Assembly: GCA_001774495.1 (NCBI GenBank)
Contig: MFAE01000002.1
Location: forward strand, 1-40,371
DNA length: 40,371 bases
Origin: Candidatus Campbellbacteria bacterium RIFOXYC2_FULL_35_25
GTDB taxonomy: Bacteria > Patescibacteriota > Minisyncoccia > Phycocordibacterales > UBA12079
Reading direction: 5' to 3'
Shown: positions 8,744-18,905 of the stretch, one piece after another
Layout: each line of letters begins with the position of its first letter
Numbering within the stretch: the stretch's first letter is position 1
Notes under the pieces: model-generated
Told to the model about the DNA's origin: nothing
Database searches by the model: none
What the model saw: the letters and a program-made list of their open reading frames with translations, nothing else
Position numbers and translations under genes: made by a program

Positions 8744-9433
8744 ATGGCTCAAAAAAAAGTTTGGGAAAAAGAATATCAAAATCCAAAGTTAGTGACAGGC
8801 TATGATAAGCCTCAGGCTTTTTTTCTTAAATTTTTGAAATATATAAAAAAGGATTTGGGTTTGAATCTGGGAAATTTTAGAATTCTTGACTTAGGTTCTG
8901 GCACAGGAAGGAATGCTAATTACCTTGCTCAAAAGGGAGCCCAAGTAATTGGAATAGAAATTTCTGATACAGCAATAAATTTAGCTAAAAACAGAGCAAA
9001 AGAAATTGGGGCGGAGACCAAATATATCAAACAGAGTATTGGCGAAAAATACCCCTTTGATGATAAAAGTTTTGATTTAGTTGTCGATATTACTTCATCC
9101 AATTCCTTGGATGAGAATGAAAGAGAGATTTATCTTTCTGAAGTTTTTAGGGTTTTGAAAAAAGATGGAATATTTTTTGTGCGAGCTTTGTGCAAGGACG
9201 GGGATAAAAATGCAAAATTTCTTTTGAAAAATAATTCTGGGAAGGAAAAAGATACTTATATAATGCCAGAGACATGTTTGGTTGAGAGAGTTTTTTCAAA
9301 AGATGATTTTATTCAAATTTATTCAAAATATTTTAAAATATTAAAAATGGAAAAAACAGAAAGTTATTCCACGATAAATAATCGCCAATTTAAAAGAAAT
9401 TTTTGGTTAGTTACTTTGATTCCTGGGCAATAA
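8744..9433 (+). CDS. Class I SAM-dependent methyltransferase
   Basis: ILDLGSGTGRN, PFDDKSFDLV, RVLKKDG. Confidence 0.9.
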   Translation: MAQKKVWEKEYQNPKLVTGYDKPQAFFLKFLKYIKKDLGLNLGNFRILDLGSGTGRNANYLAQKGAQVIGIEISDTAINLAKNRAKEIGAETKYIKQSIGEKYPFDDKSFDLVVDITSSNSLDENEREIYLSEVFRVLKKDGIFFVRALCKDGDKNAKFLLKNNSGKEKDTYIMPETCLVERVFSKDDFIQIYSKYFKILKMEKTESYSTINNRQFKRNFWLVTLIPGQ

Positions 9434-9562
9434 GCATTGTAATATAAGGGGCAGTCCACGCTCTGGTTATTTTGGTAAACAGTATTTGTTTTGTAGATTA
9501 CAAAACAAAAATAAATTTGCTTCAAGTATTGCAAGATTCTGTGGGGGTGTATAATTGTAGTA

Positions 9563-9682
9563 GAGCTATTTGGAACATTCCTACTAAAGCATCACAAGGG
9601 AATTCGTCGTATTGTTGCATTCAGGTGTAGCGCTCGGAATACCCACCTATGTAAAGAATAGGGATGGTGCTCCAGATAGTTC
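9563..9682 (+). ncRNA. Putative structured ncRNA, family unknown
   Basis: TATAAT at 9550-9555; ends pair (GAGCTATTTGGA/TCCAGATAGTTC); internal stem TTGCAT..AGGTG/CACCT ATGTAA; long hairpin at 9685-9750. Confidence 0.45.
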
Positions 9683-9809
9683 GTAGAAAAACCAGCACCG
9701 TATTTGGAATTAATTTAGAAAAATAATTTCAAATACGGAGCTGGTTTTCTAAATTTTGGTGGTTATTGATAGGGAGGACTTTTTGAATAAGTTTAGTATA
9801 ATATATCAA

Positions 9810-10208
9810 GTGAAAAAAAATCTTTTCATATTTAATTTCGTTTTAATTTTTCTGATAGCCACACTTCACATACTGGCTATTAATTTTTTCTTGTACTGGA
9901 AATTCTGGTGGTTTGATATCCTTTTACATTTCTTGGGGGGTTTGTGGGTTGGTCTTAGTTTTTTGCAATTTTATTTTTTTTCTAATTTAATAAAGATTAA
10001 GAAAAAAAGTAATTTATTTATTTTTATTTTTTCTGTTCTGACTGTTTTGTTTGTTGGTCTTGGTTGGGAAATTTTTGAGTTTATTATAGGGGTTAATTTC
10101 TCTGAAAATTATTGGTCTGATACTATTTTAGATTTAATCATGGATACTGTTGGGGCACTGACAGTTTCTTTGCTTTTTATAAAACTAAAGATTTCAGCTT
10201 TTGAATAA
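9810..10208 (+). CDS. Membrane protein (VanZ/DUF2238-like)
   Basis: DILLHFLGG, WEIFE, DTILDLIMD motifs with about 4 TM helices; GTG start 7 nt after TATAAT. Confidence 0.7.
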   Translation: MKKNLFIFNFVLIFLIATLHILAINFFLYWKFWWFDILLHFLGGLWVGLSFLQFYFFSNLIKIKKKSNLFIFIFSVLTVLFVGLGWEIFEFIIGVNFSENYWSDTILDLIMDTVGALTVSLLFIKLKISAFE

Positions 10209-10255
10209 AATTTGTTAGAATACTTAATATAATATAATATAATATAATTTTTAAT

Positions 10256-10888
10256 ATGGAAATAAAAGAAAATAGTAATTTTAAAATAAAGCTTTGTGTA
10301 TCTGGTGCCGCTGAGACAGGGCATTGTGGTGCAGCGGCTTTCGACATAGCAGAAGAGTTAGGAAGAGAAATTGCTAAGCACGATGCAATTTTGGTAACGG
10401 GAGCAACCACAGGATTTCCATTACAAGCAGCTAAGGGAGCAAAAGAAGCCGGTGGAATCTCCATTGGTTTCTCACCAGCGTCAAGCGAGTACGAACATAG
10501 AAATATCTATAGATTACCCGTAGATTACATGGACTTGATGGTTTATACAGGTTTCGGTTACCCAGGGAGGGATTTGTTCCTAACAAGGGCTTCTGACGCC
10601 GTTTTGATAGGCTGCGGCAGGATAGGAACAATTCATGAGTTTACTGTTGCTTATGAAGATAAAAAACCAATAGGTATTTTAGAGGGAGACTGGACAATGG
10701 ATGAGACAATAAGAACTATAATGGAAAGAAGCAACAGACATAATGATAAGGTAGTTTTCGACACCGACCCAGCAAGGTTGGTTGAAAAAGTTATAGAATT
10801 GGTTAAGAAAGATAAAGAGGGGATAAACAGAGCTTACAAAAATTCAGAAGATTTTAATGGTGATTATTGCGTTGACCGGATATTTTAA
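10256..10888 (+). CDS. LOG/SLOG family Rossmann-fold protein
   Basis: LVTGATTG, GAKEAGG, IGTIHEF. Confidence 0.85.
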   Translation: MEIKENSNFKIKLCVSGAAETGHCGAAAFDIAEELGREIAKHDAILVTGATTGFPLQAAKGAKEAGGISIGFSPASSEYEHRNIYRLPVDYMDLMVYTGFGYPGRDLFLTRASDAVLIGCGRIGTIHEFTVAYEDKKPIGILEGDWTMDETIRTIMERSNRHNDKVVFDTDPARLVEKVIELVKKDKEGINRAYKNSEDFNGDYCVDRIF

Positions 10889-10902
10889 GAAATAAACAAA
10901 TA

Positions 10903-10944
10903 AAATAAAAAACCGCAGGAGCTGACTCCTGCGGTTTTTTATTT
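10903..10944. terminator. Bidirectional terminator between convergent genes
   Basis: TAAAAAACCGCAGGAG-CTGA-CTCCTGCGGTTTTTTA. Confidence 0.85.
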
Positions 10945-10946
10945 AT

Positions 10947-11291
10947 TTATTTAACTTGTTCGGTAATTCTCTGGAAAGTTTCAGGATGATTTTCTGCGAT
11001 ATCGGCTAATATTTTTCTGTTTAAACCAACTTCGTTTTTCGTTAATGTTCCTATAAATTTACTGTATGTAAATCCTAAAGCTCTCAATCCTGCATTCATT
11101 TTTACTTGCCATAGTTTTCTGAAATCACCCTTCTTCTTTCTTCTGTGAGCAAAAGCGTGAACTCCAGCATGCAAGATAGCCTCATGAGCTTGCGCTTCTT
11201 TCGTTGAGCGACCATTACGATAACCCTTTGCTAGACCTAGCATCTTTTTTCGTCTCTTTAATGAAGTTGTTCCTCTTTTTACTCTTGTCAT
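10947..11291 (-). CDS. rplT: 50S ribosomal protein L20
   Basis: MTRVKRG, AKGY, RRKKKGDFRKLW, LNRKILADIA. Confidence 0.98.
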   Translation of the reverse strand: MTRVKRGTTSLKRRKKMLGLAKGYRNGRSTKEAQAHEAILHAGVHAFAHRRKKKGDFRKLWQVKMNAGLRALGFTYSKFIGTLTKNEVGLNRKILADIAENHPETFQRITEQVK

Positions 11292-11314
11292 ATATTAGTT
11301 TTTAGAACTTAGAA

Positions 11315-11494
11315 TTATTTTAAAAATCTACTTTTTGATTTCGATGTCATCACTATTGAGGTCATCTTCCTCTTTTTTAGGTTTTGTGACCCAGTTGCCT
11401 TAGCATTAAAATGTCCCTGGCCTATTTTCCTAGAGCTAAGTTTCCCGTTTTTACTTACTTTTATTCTTTTTTGGAATGATTTGTTTGTTTTCAT
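11315..11494 (-). CDS. rpmI: 50S ribosomal protein L35 (below the ORF-track length cutoff)
   Basis: Manual translation MKTNKSFQKRIKVSKNGKLSSRKIGQGHFNAK...; lies between infC and rplT. Confidence 0.93.
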   Translation of the reverse strand: MKTNKSFQKRIKVSKNGKLSSRKIGQGHFNAKATGSQNLKKRKMTSIVMTSKSKSRFLK

Positions 11495-11618
11495 GTTTTT
11501 TTGAAAAAAGCGTTAATTAACACAGATATTTTCAATCCCACTATATTACATTATAAAACTTAATTTTTCAAGCCTTTTAATGAATCTAGACAAGTGTTAG
11601 TGTTAATTTAGGGATTCT

Positions 11619-12134
11619 TTATTTTTTCTCTAGTACCATTGTTAACCCTTTGGGGCTCTTTTTTGGGCCATCGGCAACTTTGTATTCCTCGGTGATTAGA
11701 TGCAGGACTCGGTCCATTCTTTCTTTCAAAAAATCGATTTGCATATATTTTGTTCGTCCTATTAAGAATAAGTCTAATTTTATTCTATTTCCTTCTTTTA
11801 ACCACTTAGATATATTTTTAGCCTTTAGTTCCAAGTCATGTTCACCGGTTCCCACTTTTACTTGGACAACCTTTGTTTCTGTTACATGAGATTTCGCCTT
11901 TGCTACCTTTGCCTTCTTTTTTTCATCGTATTGAAATTTACCATAATCCATTATTTTTGCAATGGGAGGATTAGTATTGGGTGATGTTTCTATAAGATCT
12001 AAATTCATCTCACGAGCTTTTAGCAAAGCATCTCGAGTCTTCATAACGCCCATGTTTTCAGCGTTGGGTCCAATAATTCTTACTTCTTCGGATCTTATTG
12101 CTTCGTTTATCCTTGTTTGTGGTTTATATGCCAT
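11619..12134 (-). CDS. infC: Translation initiation factor IF-3
   Basis: RINEAIR, PPIAKIMDYGKFQY, HDLELK. Confidence 0.97.
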   Translation of the reverse strand: MAYKPQTRINEAIRSEEVRIIGPNAENMGVMKTRDALLKAREMNLDLIETSPNTNPPIAKIMDYGKFQYDEKKKAKVAKAKSHVTETKVVQVKVGTGEHDLELKAKNISKWLKEGNRIKLDLFLIGRTKYMQIDFLKERMDRVLHLITEEYKVADGPKKSPKGLTMVLEKK

Positions 12135-12290
12135 TTATTTTTTATTTCTTGTATTTTTGTTGGGGCTCAAAATTATTTAGAAAAGTCCTTAAATACGCTT
12201 TACTTATAACATAAAATTACAGAAAAATCAAAGTCTTGGCAACTCCAAACTGCGAGATAATTTTAAAATACAGTATGGCATAATATAAGA

Positions 12291-12893
12291 ATGTTGAATT
12301 CGGAGGATAAGATTAAATTACTGTTGAGGGAGGTTAATAACGATTTGTTGAATTTTAAAAAATCTCCCTTATATAAATACAGAATAGAAAATAAGAACCT
12401 ACCGGTATTCGGCGAGGGAAGTTGTCGTGCGAGGATTATGTTTATTGGAGAAGCCCCTGGAAAAAAAGAATCCCAAACAGGACGTCCTTTTTGTGGGGCA
12501 TCAGGAAAAATGTTAGATGTTCTATTAGAATCTGTTGGTTTAAAAAGAGAAGATGTTTACATAACTAACATAGTGAAAGATCGACCTCCAGAAAACAGAG
12601 ATCCGTCAAAAGAGGAAATTGAGATGTATAGTTCGTTTTTAGACAGGCAGATAAAAATTATTCAGCCAAAGATTATTGCGACCCTTGGGCGTTTTTCTAT
12701 GAATTATATAATGCGTCATTTTGGGTTAGAGGATGAGATAGAAATAATAAGTAAAGCACACGGGAAATCTTACGAAGCTAAATTTTCCTACGGAAAAGTA
12801 AAAATAATTCCTTTGTATCATCCAGCGGTTGCTTTATACAATGGAGGAATGCGAAAAGTGTTAAAAAAAGATTTCAAAATTTTAGCGGAATAA
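12291..12893 (+). CDS. Uracil-DNA glycosylase, family 4 type
   Basis: GEAPG, GRPFCGASG, RPPENRDP, YHPA. Confidence 0.92.
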   Translation: MLNSEDKIKLLLREVNNDLLNFKKSPLYKYRIENKNLPVFGEGSCRARIMFIGEAPGKKESQTGRPFCGASGKMLDVLLESVGLKREDVYITNIVKDRPPENRDPSKEEIEMYSSFLDRQIKIIQPKIIATLGRFSMNYIMRHFGLEDEIEIISKAHGKSYEAKFSYGKVKIIPLYHPAVALYNGGMRKVLKKDFKILAE

Positions 12894-12968
12894 TTGATTT
12901 TTTTTGCAAGAAGAGTATATTAATTTATAGAAATTTTCTTTCGTAACCAATTTTTTGAGGAGACATAT

Positions 12969-13166
12969 ATGAAATTTCAAATAAAATTTCGGTATTTCGG
13001 TCGTTGGCATTCTCCTTCAAAAAAACAAAAAAAGATTTTAGATGCACGGATAACAATATCAGGTATTAAATCGGAACTTTGGGATATCCTTGTTCAAGGC
13101 AAGCCTATCGCTATGAGAGAGTCTGTTTTGGGAGCTGAATATTGGTTGAGGGTGGCTAAATGGTAG
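12969..13166 (+). CDS. Small hypothetical protein
   Basis: GAGGAG SD upstream; hairpin terminator directly downstream. Confidence 0.5.
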   Translation: MKFQIKFRYFGRWHSPSKKQKKILDARITISGIKSELWDILVQGKPIAMRESVLGAEYWLRVAKW

Positions 13167-13268
13167 TTTGGCAGTCTCGTGTATGTATACATATACGAGG
13201 CTGCTTTTTATTAGAATATATATAATGTAAAAATTTTAAAATTTTGAAAGAAATGTTAATATAAAAAT

Positions 13269-14684
13269 ATGAATAAACTACAAACAACACTACAAAGCAC
13301 AACCTTAAGGGTTATTTTTATTGCTATTTTAGCTCTTCTTTTACTTATCCCCGTAGGGATGGTTAAGTCTGTGATTTATGAGAGACAGGCAAATCGTGAA
13401 TTAGCCATTCAAGATATTACTTCAAAATGGGGGGAAGAACAGGTTGTTGCTGGGCCAATTTTAACAGTGCCGTATGACTTGTATCGAATAATAGATGGGA
13501 AACAAATTAAAGAAATAGCTTATGCCCATTTTTTACCTGAGACTTTAAATATTGAAACTACTGTTTCTCCTGAATTGCGATCTCGTGGTATTTATGATGC
13601 TGTGGTTTATTCTTCAAATATTTCTGTATCGGGAGATTTCGAAAAGCCCGACTTTGCTTTTCTTGGAATTAATTCCCAATTTGTTCATTGGAACGGTGCT
13701 TTTATTGCTATTGGTATTTCCGACATTAGAGGTTTAGAAGAAAGAACCGATTTCAAATTAAATAATCAAAATGTTAAATTTGTTTCAGGAATTATCACAG
13801 ACGATGTGATTAGGAATATTAGTAGTTTTAATCAACCAACATTTAGCCAATATGAAGAAAAAGTTAGGGCTATTACGGTGAATGGAATGGAAGGGGGAAG
13901 TGCTTCTGGCTTGAGTGTGAATGTCCCCGCTAATTCTCTTTATTCAAAAAGTAATTTTTCCTTTGATTTGAAGTTGAAAGGAAGTGGAAGATTGGCTTTT
14001 GCTCCTGTGGGGAAAACAACTGATGTGAAGGTTTCTTCAGAATGGGTTTCTCCAAGTTTCGACGGCTCTTTTTTGCCAGACAATAGAGAGGTGGATAACT
14101 CTGGCTTTACGAGTGATTGGCATGTTTTGGATTTGAATAGAAATTATCCCCAAGCTTGGGTAGGGAGTAATTATGGGATTTACGATTCTGTTTTTGGTGT
14201 GAGTCTTATTAACCCAGTTGATGGTTATCAGAAATCAGATCGTTCTGTTAAGTACGCTTTGCTTATTATCGCTCTTACTTTCTTGATTTTTCTATCTTTT
14301 GAAATGTTTAATAGAAAGAAAATTCACCCGATTCAATATATTTTAGTTGGTTTGGCTCTTGTACTTTTTTACGCTTTGTTAATTTCTACCTCAGAGATTT
14401 TAGGGTTTAACATTGCTTATGGAATTGCCGGAACCGCGACCATTGGGCTTATTCTCCTTTATTCCCTAACTGTTTTGAAGGAAAAAAAATTTGTAGCAAT
14501 AGAAGGGGGAGTTTTGATTTTCTTATATGCTTTTATTTATATCTTACTTCAATTAGAAGATTACGCTTTGCTTATCGGCAGTGTGGGGTTGTTCTTAATT
14601 CTTGCAACAATTATGTATCTCTCAAGAAAAGTCGATTGGTATTTATTGGATGGCAGAGGAGAACAAGACAAAATTGATTTATAA
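13269..14684 (+). CDS. creD: Cell envelope integrity protein CreD
   Basis: GPILTVPY, SPSFDGSFLP, RSVKYA, IHPIQYILVG, EDYALLIGS. Confidence 0.93.
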   Translation: MNKLQTTLQSTTLRVIFIAILALLLLIPVGMVKSVIYERQANRELAIQDITSKWGEEQVVAGPILTVPYDLYRIIDGKQIKEIAYAHFLPETLNIETTVSPELRSRGIYDAVVYSSNISVSGDFEKPDFAFLGINSQFVHWNGAFIAIGISDIRGLEERTDFKLNNQNVKFVSGIITDDVIRNISSFNQPTFSQYEEKVRAITVNGMEGGSASGLSVNVPANSLYSKSNFSFDLKLKGSGRLAFAPVGKTTDVKVSSEWVSPSFDGSFLPDNREVDNSGFTSDWHVLDLNRNYPQAWVGSNYGIYDSVFGVSLINPVDGYQKSDRSVKYALLIIALTFLIFLSFEMFNRKKIHPIQYILVGLALVLFYALLISTSEILGFNIAYGIAGTATIGLILLYSLTVLKEKKFVAIEGGVLIFLYAFIYILLQLEDYALLIGSVGLFLILATIMYLSRKVDWYLLDGRGEQDKIDL

Positions 14685-14781
14685 AAAATAACAAAAAACT
14701 TCCAGTAACTAAGTTACTGGAAATTTTTTGTTATCGGAGAGCATAGTTTGAATTTTCCTTTTTGGGTTTATAATATAAAAA

Positions 14782-15672
14782 ATGAAATTCCAAAAAAATT
14801 TTAAATTATATATTCTTGGTTTGTTTCTTTGCTTCAATTTTTTAATTTGGTATGGGGTTTTGGCTGAAGAAAGAAAAGAACTTATCGTAGCCTTTTTAGA
14901 CGTTGGGCAGGGGGATGCTATTTTTATTGAAGCTCCAAGCGGGAAACAGGTTTTGATAGATGGAGGACAAAATAGGCAGTTTATTAGTAAATTGTCAGAA
15001 GTGATGCCTTTTTATGATAGGTCAATTGATATGGTTGTTTTGACTCACCCTGATGAGGACCACGTTGGTGGGCTGCCTTCAGTATTAGAAAATTACACGG
15101 TTGATTTTGTTTTAGAACCAGGAGTCAACTCTGACAATGCCACTTATATAAAATTTGAAGATTTGATTAAAGAAAAAGGTATTGAGAAAGTTTTGGCTCG
15201 ACAAGGTATGAGTATTTGTTTAGACAATCTCCCAGGAACTAAGTCCCTGTCAGATTGCGGGGTTTTGTTGGAGGTTTTGTTTCCTAATCAAGATGCTTCG
15301 GAATTTGATACAAATTTGGCTTCGGTCGTTTTAAAATTAACCAATGGAGACAATTCATTTTTATTTACAGGAGATTCTCCCAAAAGTATTGAAAAATATC
15401 TTGTAGATGTTTTGGGGGATAACCTCGATGTAGATGTTTTAAAATTGGGACACCACGGTTCAAAGACTTCTAATTCGGATTTATTTTTGGGTTTTACTAG
15501 TCCAGAATATGCGATTGCTTCAGTTGGTTTAAATAATAGTTACGGGCACCCACATAAGGAAGTTTTGGATTTGTTGGAAAAGTTTGGAGTGAATTTGTTG
15601 AGAACAGATGAAGAGGGAACTATTATATTTAAAAGTGATGGGGTGAGTGATTTGAAGGTTGGAAGTTTATAA
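14782..15672 (+). CDS. ComEC/Rec2-like metallo-beta-lactamase-fold hydrolase
   Basis: FLDVGQGDA, THPDEDHVGG, GHHGSKTS, YGHPH. Confidence 0.9.
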   Translation: MKFQKNFKLYILGLFLCFNFLIWYGVLAEERKELIVAFLDVGQGDAIFIEAPSGKQVLIDGGQNRQFISKLSEVMPFYDRSIDMVVLTHPDEDHVGGLPSVLENYTVDFVLEPGVNSDNATYIKFEDLIKEKGIEKVLARQGMSICLDNLPGTKSLSDCGVLLEVLFPNQDASEFDTNLASVVLKLTNGDNSFLFTGDSPKSIEKYLVDVLGDNLDVDVLKLGHHGSKTSNSDLFLGFTSPEYAIASVGLNNSYGHPHKEVLDLLEKFGVNLLRTDEEGTIIFKSDGVSDLKVGSL

Positions 15673-15718
15673 AGTATCGTCGAGTTCTTTTTGTTTAATT
15701 TTTGATATAATTTATTTT

Positions 15719-15958
15719 ATGAAAAAAATATTATTAATAATAACATCAATAATTTTAGCACTAGTAATAACCGCTACCTTTATGCAAGTAATTTCGGTTA
15801 TCTTTTATTCTGCGCAACTCTTGCTGAAGGGCTCAGAGTTATTTGTTACATTGGCATTTGCTTCTATGATTCCGATAGGCATTTTTTTCGTCCATGTTCT
15901 TTTTAAGAGTTATAAAATTATTTTTAATAAATTAAGTCAGTTGGAAGTATTTAAGTAA
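15719..15958 (+). CDS. Small membrane protein
   Basis: Two hydrophobic helices; ATG 7 nt after TGaTATAAT. Confidence 0.55.
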   Translation: MKKILLIITSIILALVITATFMQVISVIFYSAQLLLKGSELFVTLAFASMIPIGIFFVHVLFKSYKIIFNKLSQLEVFK

Positions 15959-16044
15959 TAAGTGATAGGGACATATTTCGGAATTAAAAAAGGTGTAGCA
16001 CCGTAAGATGCTACACCCTCGGGGGTCTTCCTCAGACCTTGGTG

Positions 16045-16293
16045 TTATTGGGTGATCAGATATCCATACCCCAGACTTTGGCATGTGCCGTCGAACATCG
16101 GTGAAAGCCGAGCGGCCTCCATGAGAGATCTTGTCTGAGTATCAGACAAGATTCTCTCGTCGGCTTCTGTTTGGGTAAGAGCGAATATCAGAAGCTCTTC
16201 TTCCGACATCTGCTCAATAGCAGTTTTTTTGCCACCAAACGGCACAACGGATCCAGAAATCTCTCTAATACGTGCCCTTAATGCAGTTCCCAT
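16045..16293 (-). CDS. Hypothetical protein (stand-alone cassette)
   Basis: G-rich SD upstream, TTGACA on the minus strand upstream, hairpins downstream. Confidence 0.55.
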   Translation of the reverse strand: MGTALRARIREISGSVVPFGGKKTAIEQMSEEELLIFALTQTEADERILSDTQTRSLMEAARLSPMFDGTCQSLGYGYLITQ

Positions 16294-16437
16294 GGATTCT
16301 TCCCCCTAGTACTTTGTTTGGATACCATTCCCATTTCCGTTCACAATAATAACCCCGATTTACTTTTCTGTCAATGACAGAAGATAATAACTAAATTAAA
16401 AACCCCTAGTATCCATTAAGAATACTAGGGGTTTTTA

Positions 16438-16563
16438 AAATAATTTCAAATTTGGATGAAGAACGAGGAGTTGAGAAAAAATTTTTAGAGCCTTATTTGT
16501 TATAAGGTGAATAGAAATTTTTTTGAAAGACGACAAAGTTATGCGCCAAATTTGGAATTATTT
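16438..16563 (-). repeat. ~125-bp hairpin element, copy after rpmB
   Basis: Reverse complement matches the architecture of 18591-18716 and 23173-23293 (CGAGGAG...GAGC-stem-GTGA...CGACAAAG). Confidence 0.85.
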
Positions 16564-16803
16564 AATTAGGCCGGCTTTTTTAAGTGTGGCAAAAGCCCCA
16601 TTCTTATTGATAGTCTTAATAGCTTTAGTTGAGATAGTTAGCCTCATTGTTTTGTTTAATTCAGGAATAAAAATCTTCTTTTTTTGTAGGTTAGCTTTCC
16701 TTCTTTTCATCCCAGTGGGATTAAATTTGGTAGCACGAACACGATTGCTGTATCCTCCAGCCATCTTTGTATTTTTTCCTGTTATTGGGCAAGTTTTTGA
16801 CAT
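16558..16803 (-). CDS. rpmB: 50S ribosomal protein L28
   Basis: MSKTCPITGK...KRRKANLQKKK...ISTKAIKTINKNG. Confidence 0.93.
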   Translation of the reverse strand: MSKTCPITGKNTKMAGGYSNRVRATKFNPTGMKRRKANLQKKKIFIPELNKTMRLTISTKAIKTINKNGAFATLKKAGLIK

Positions 16804-16876
16804 AATTAATTTAATTTAAGTGATTGTTATGGTATCATAGGGTTAATTATTTTGCAATAAAAATTTATTTATATTT

Positions 16877-17494
16877 ATGGAAGTTGATTTTATATTTTCA
16901 ATAGTAATACTAATTATGTCGGTTGTGGTACACGAAGTGTCTCATGGATATACTGCCTATCTTTTTGGTGACCCTACCGCAAAGTTAGCGGGTCGACTTA
17001 CTCTTAATCCTTTTAAGCATCTAGATTTGCAGGGTTCGTTAATTATTCCTGCCATCGCTTATTATTTCACAGGTTTTATTTTTGGTTGGGCTAAACCGGT
17101 TCCTTATAATCCTTATAACTTAAAAAATGCAAAAGTTGGTGAGCCGATGGTGGCACTAGCGGGTCCTTTGTCTAATTTTCTTGTGGCTATCATTTTTGGA
17201 GTCCTAATTCGTTTTAGTGGGGAATTGGGTCTTGCCTCGGATTCTTTCATTAAAGCTACTGGCATGATCGTTTTAATTAATTTGGTTTTAGGCCTTTTTA
17301 ATCTAATTCCTATTCCTCCTTTAGATGGTTCAAAAGTACTTTTTGGCATTTTACCTCACAATTTAATAAAAGTTAGATACTTCTTAGAAAAGAATTATAT
17401 TTGGTTAATTTTGTTCTTTATTTTTTTCCTTTGGAAATTCCTTACTCCAGTAATTTCTCTTTTATTTTTCTTGATTACAGGGGTTGGGTTGTAG
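16877..17494 (+). CDS. Site-2 protease family (M50) membrane metalloprotease
   Basis: HEVSHG, ALAGPLSN, FNLIPIPPLDG. Confidence 0.93.
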   Translation: MEVDFIFSIVILIMSVVVHEVSHGYTAYLFGDPTAKLAGRLTLNPFKHLDLQGSLIIPAIAYYFTGFIFGWAKPVPYNPYNLKNAKVGEPMVALAGPLSNFLVAIIFGVLIRFSGELGLASDSFIKATGMIVLINLVLGLFNLIPIPPLDGSKVLFGILPHNLIKVRYFLEKNYIWLILFFIFFLWKFLTPVISLLFFLITGVGL

Positions 17495-17612
17495 CTGGTG
17501 GCTGTAAGCTTAAAAATGTTTGCATTTTGTTTCATAATATAGTAGATTTATAGCTGTTCAGTTTTGGAGTTTTTTCGAAAACTAAGAATCAAGAACTAAA
17601 AAATAAAAAAAG

Positions 17613-18023
17613 ATGTCAACAGTTAATCAATTACTAAAAAAGAGAAGAAAAAAAGATCCTAGAAAACCTAAGGCTATTGCTTTGAGCAAGGGTTTTAATC
17701 TTAAGAAAAATAAACCAACAACTTACCCATCTCCTTTCAAAAGGGGGGTTTGTGTTAAAGTAACTACCAAGACTCCAAAGAAGCCTAACTCAGCAGTTAG
17801 AAAGATTGCTAGAGTTCGTCTGACAAATGGAATGGAGGTAACAGCATATATTCCAGGAATGGGACACACACTTCAAGAGCACTCAGTTGTTATGCTAAGA
17901 GGGGGAAGAGTAAAAGACGTAGGAATTCGTTATACAATTGTCCGCGGAAAATTAGATACAACAGGAGTTGAAAAGAGAAGACAGAGCAGAAGTTTGTACG
18001 GGGCTAAAAAACCAAAGAATTAG
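17613..18023 (+). CDS. rpsL: 30S ribosomal protein S12
   Basis: [23 protein letters not shown]. Confidence 0.98.
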   Translation: MSTVNQLLKKRRKKDPRKPKAIALSKGFNLKKNKPTTYPSPFKRGVCVKVTTKTPKKPNSAVRKIARVRLTNGMEVTAYIPGMGHTLQEHSVVMLRGGRVKDVGIRYTIVRGKLDTTGVEKRRQSRSLYGAKKPKN

Positions 18024-18118
18024 TAAGTAGTTGGTAGTGAGTAGTGAGTAGCAAAAAATTTGCAAAGCAAATTTTTTAAAAAGCTGTAAACTGTGAGCTG
18101 TCAGCTGTAAACTTAAAA
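18024..18118. repeat. Heptamer/hairpin element (rpsL-rpsG)
   Basis: 4x NNNGTAG, AAAAAATTTGC-AAA-GCAAATTTTTT, 4x CTGTNAR. Confidence 0.9.
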
Positions 18119-18121
18119 AAT

Positions 18122-18592
18122 ATGAGAAGACCAATAAAAGACAAAAGAAATATTCAACCAGACAGAGTTCATGACTCATTGGTTTTAGAGCGTTTTATAA
18201 ATTATGTTATGTGTGACGGTAAAAAAAGTGTCGCAAGAAAAGTAGTTTATGGTGCTTTAGAAAATATAAAAGAAAAAGCAAAAACAAAAGACCCTATTGA
18301 AGTTTTCAATGGAGCTATAAAAAATGCTGGTCCTTTAATGGAAGTTAAGTCTAGAAGAATCGGAGGAGCTAACTATCAGGTACCTAGAGAAGTTCCAGAA
18401 AAGAGAAGATTAGCCCTTGCTATGAGATGGATTCTTGAGGCAGCTAGAGCAAAAAAAGGATCTTCAATGAGTAAAAGATTGGCTGATGAATTGATTGCTG
18501 CAAATAATAATGAAGGAGAGGTTATAAAGAAGAAAGAGAATGTACACAAGATGGCTGACGCGAACAAAGCTTTTGCTCATTTTGCATGGTAA
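18122..18592 (+). CDS. rpsG: 30S ribosomal protein S7
   Basis: EVKSRRIGGANYQVP, HKMADANKAFAHF. Confidence 0.98.
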   Translation: MRRPIKDKRNIQPDRVHDSLVLERFINYVMCDGKKSVARKVVYGALENIKEKAKTKDPIEVFNGAIKNAGPLMEVKSRRIGGANYQVPREVPEKRRLALAMRWILEAARAKKGSSMSKRLADELIAANNNEGEVIKKKENVHKMADANKAFAHFAW

Positions 18593-18716
18593 AATAATTT
18601 TAAATTTAGAGAAATTCTTTGTCGACTTTGAAAAAAACTCCCTCACAGTATTTAAAATACGGCTCGGGAGTTTTTTTCTTGTCTCCTCGAATTTCATTTA
18701 AATTTAAAGTTATTTT
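18591..18716 (+). repeat. ~125-bp hairpin element, copy after rpsG
   Basis: TAAATTT..CTTTGTCG..TCACAGTATTTAAAATACGGCTC..CTCCTCG..AAATTTA. Confidence 0.85.
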
Positions 18717-18905
18717 TTGTCATGCAAAATATTATTTTTATTTAGGGAGAATTTATTGCTAAAAGCAATAAATTGATATATAGTATTACGCAATTAATCG
18801 TTTTACGATTTTTTTGTTTGGCAACAAAAATTTAAAAATTATTTATAAGAAATTAATAATAGTTTTTTGTTTTTTCTAAAAACTAAAAACTAGCAACTAA
18901 AAACT

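Noticed and set aside
9600-9682. TPP or SAM-I riboswitch
   Set aside because: The resemblance is partial (ATACCC/ACCT/TAGGGA, GGTGCT); the TPP CTGAGA motif and the SAM-I core are missing.
16523-16819. 98-aa plus-strand ORF and similar antisense or overlapping ORFs in the track
   Set aside because: These are shadows of well-supported genes (rpmB, fusA, tuf, rplC, pepF and others).
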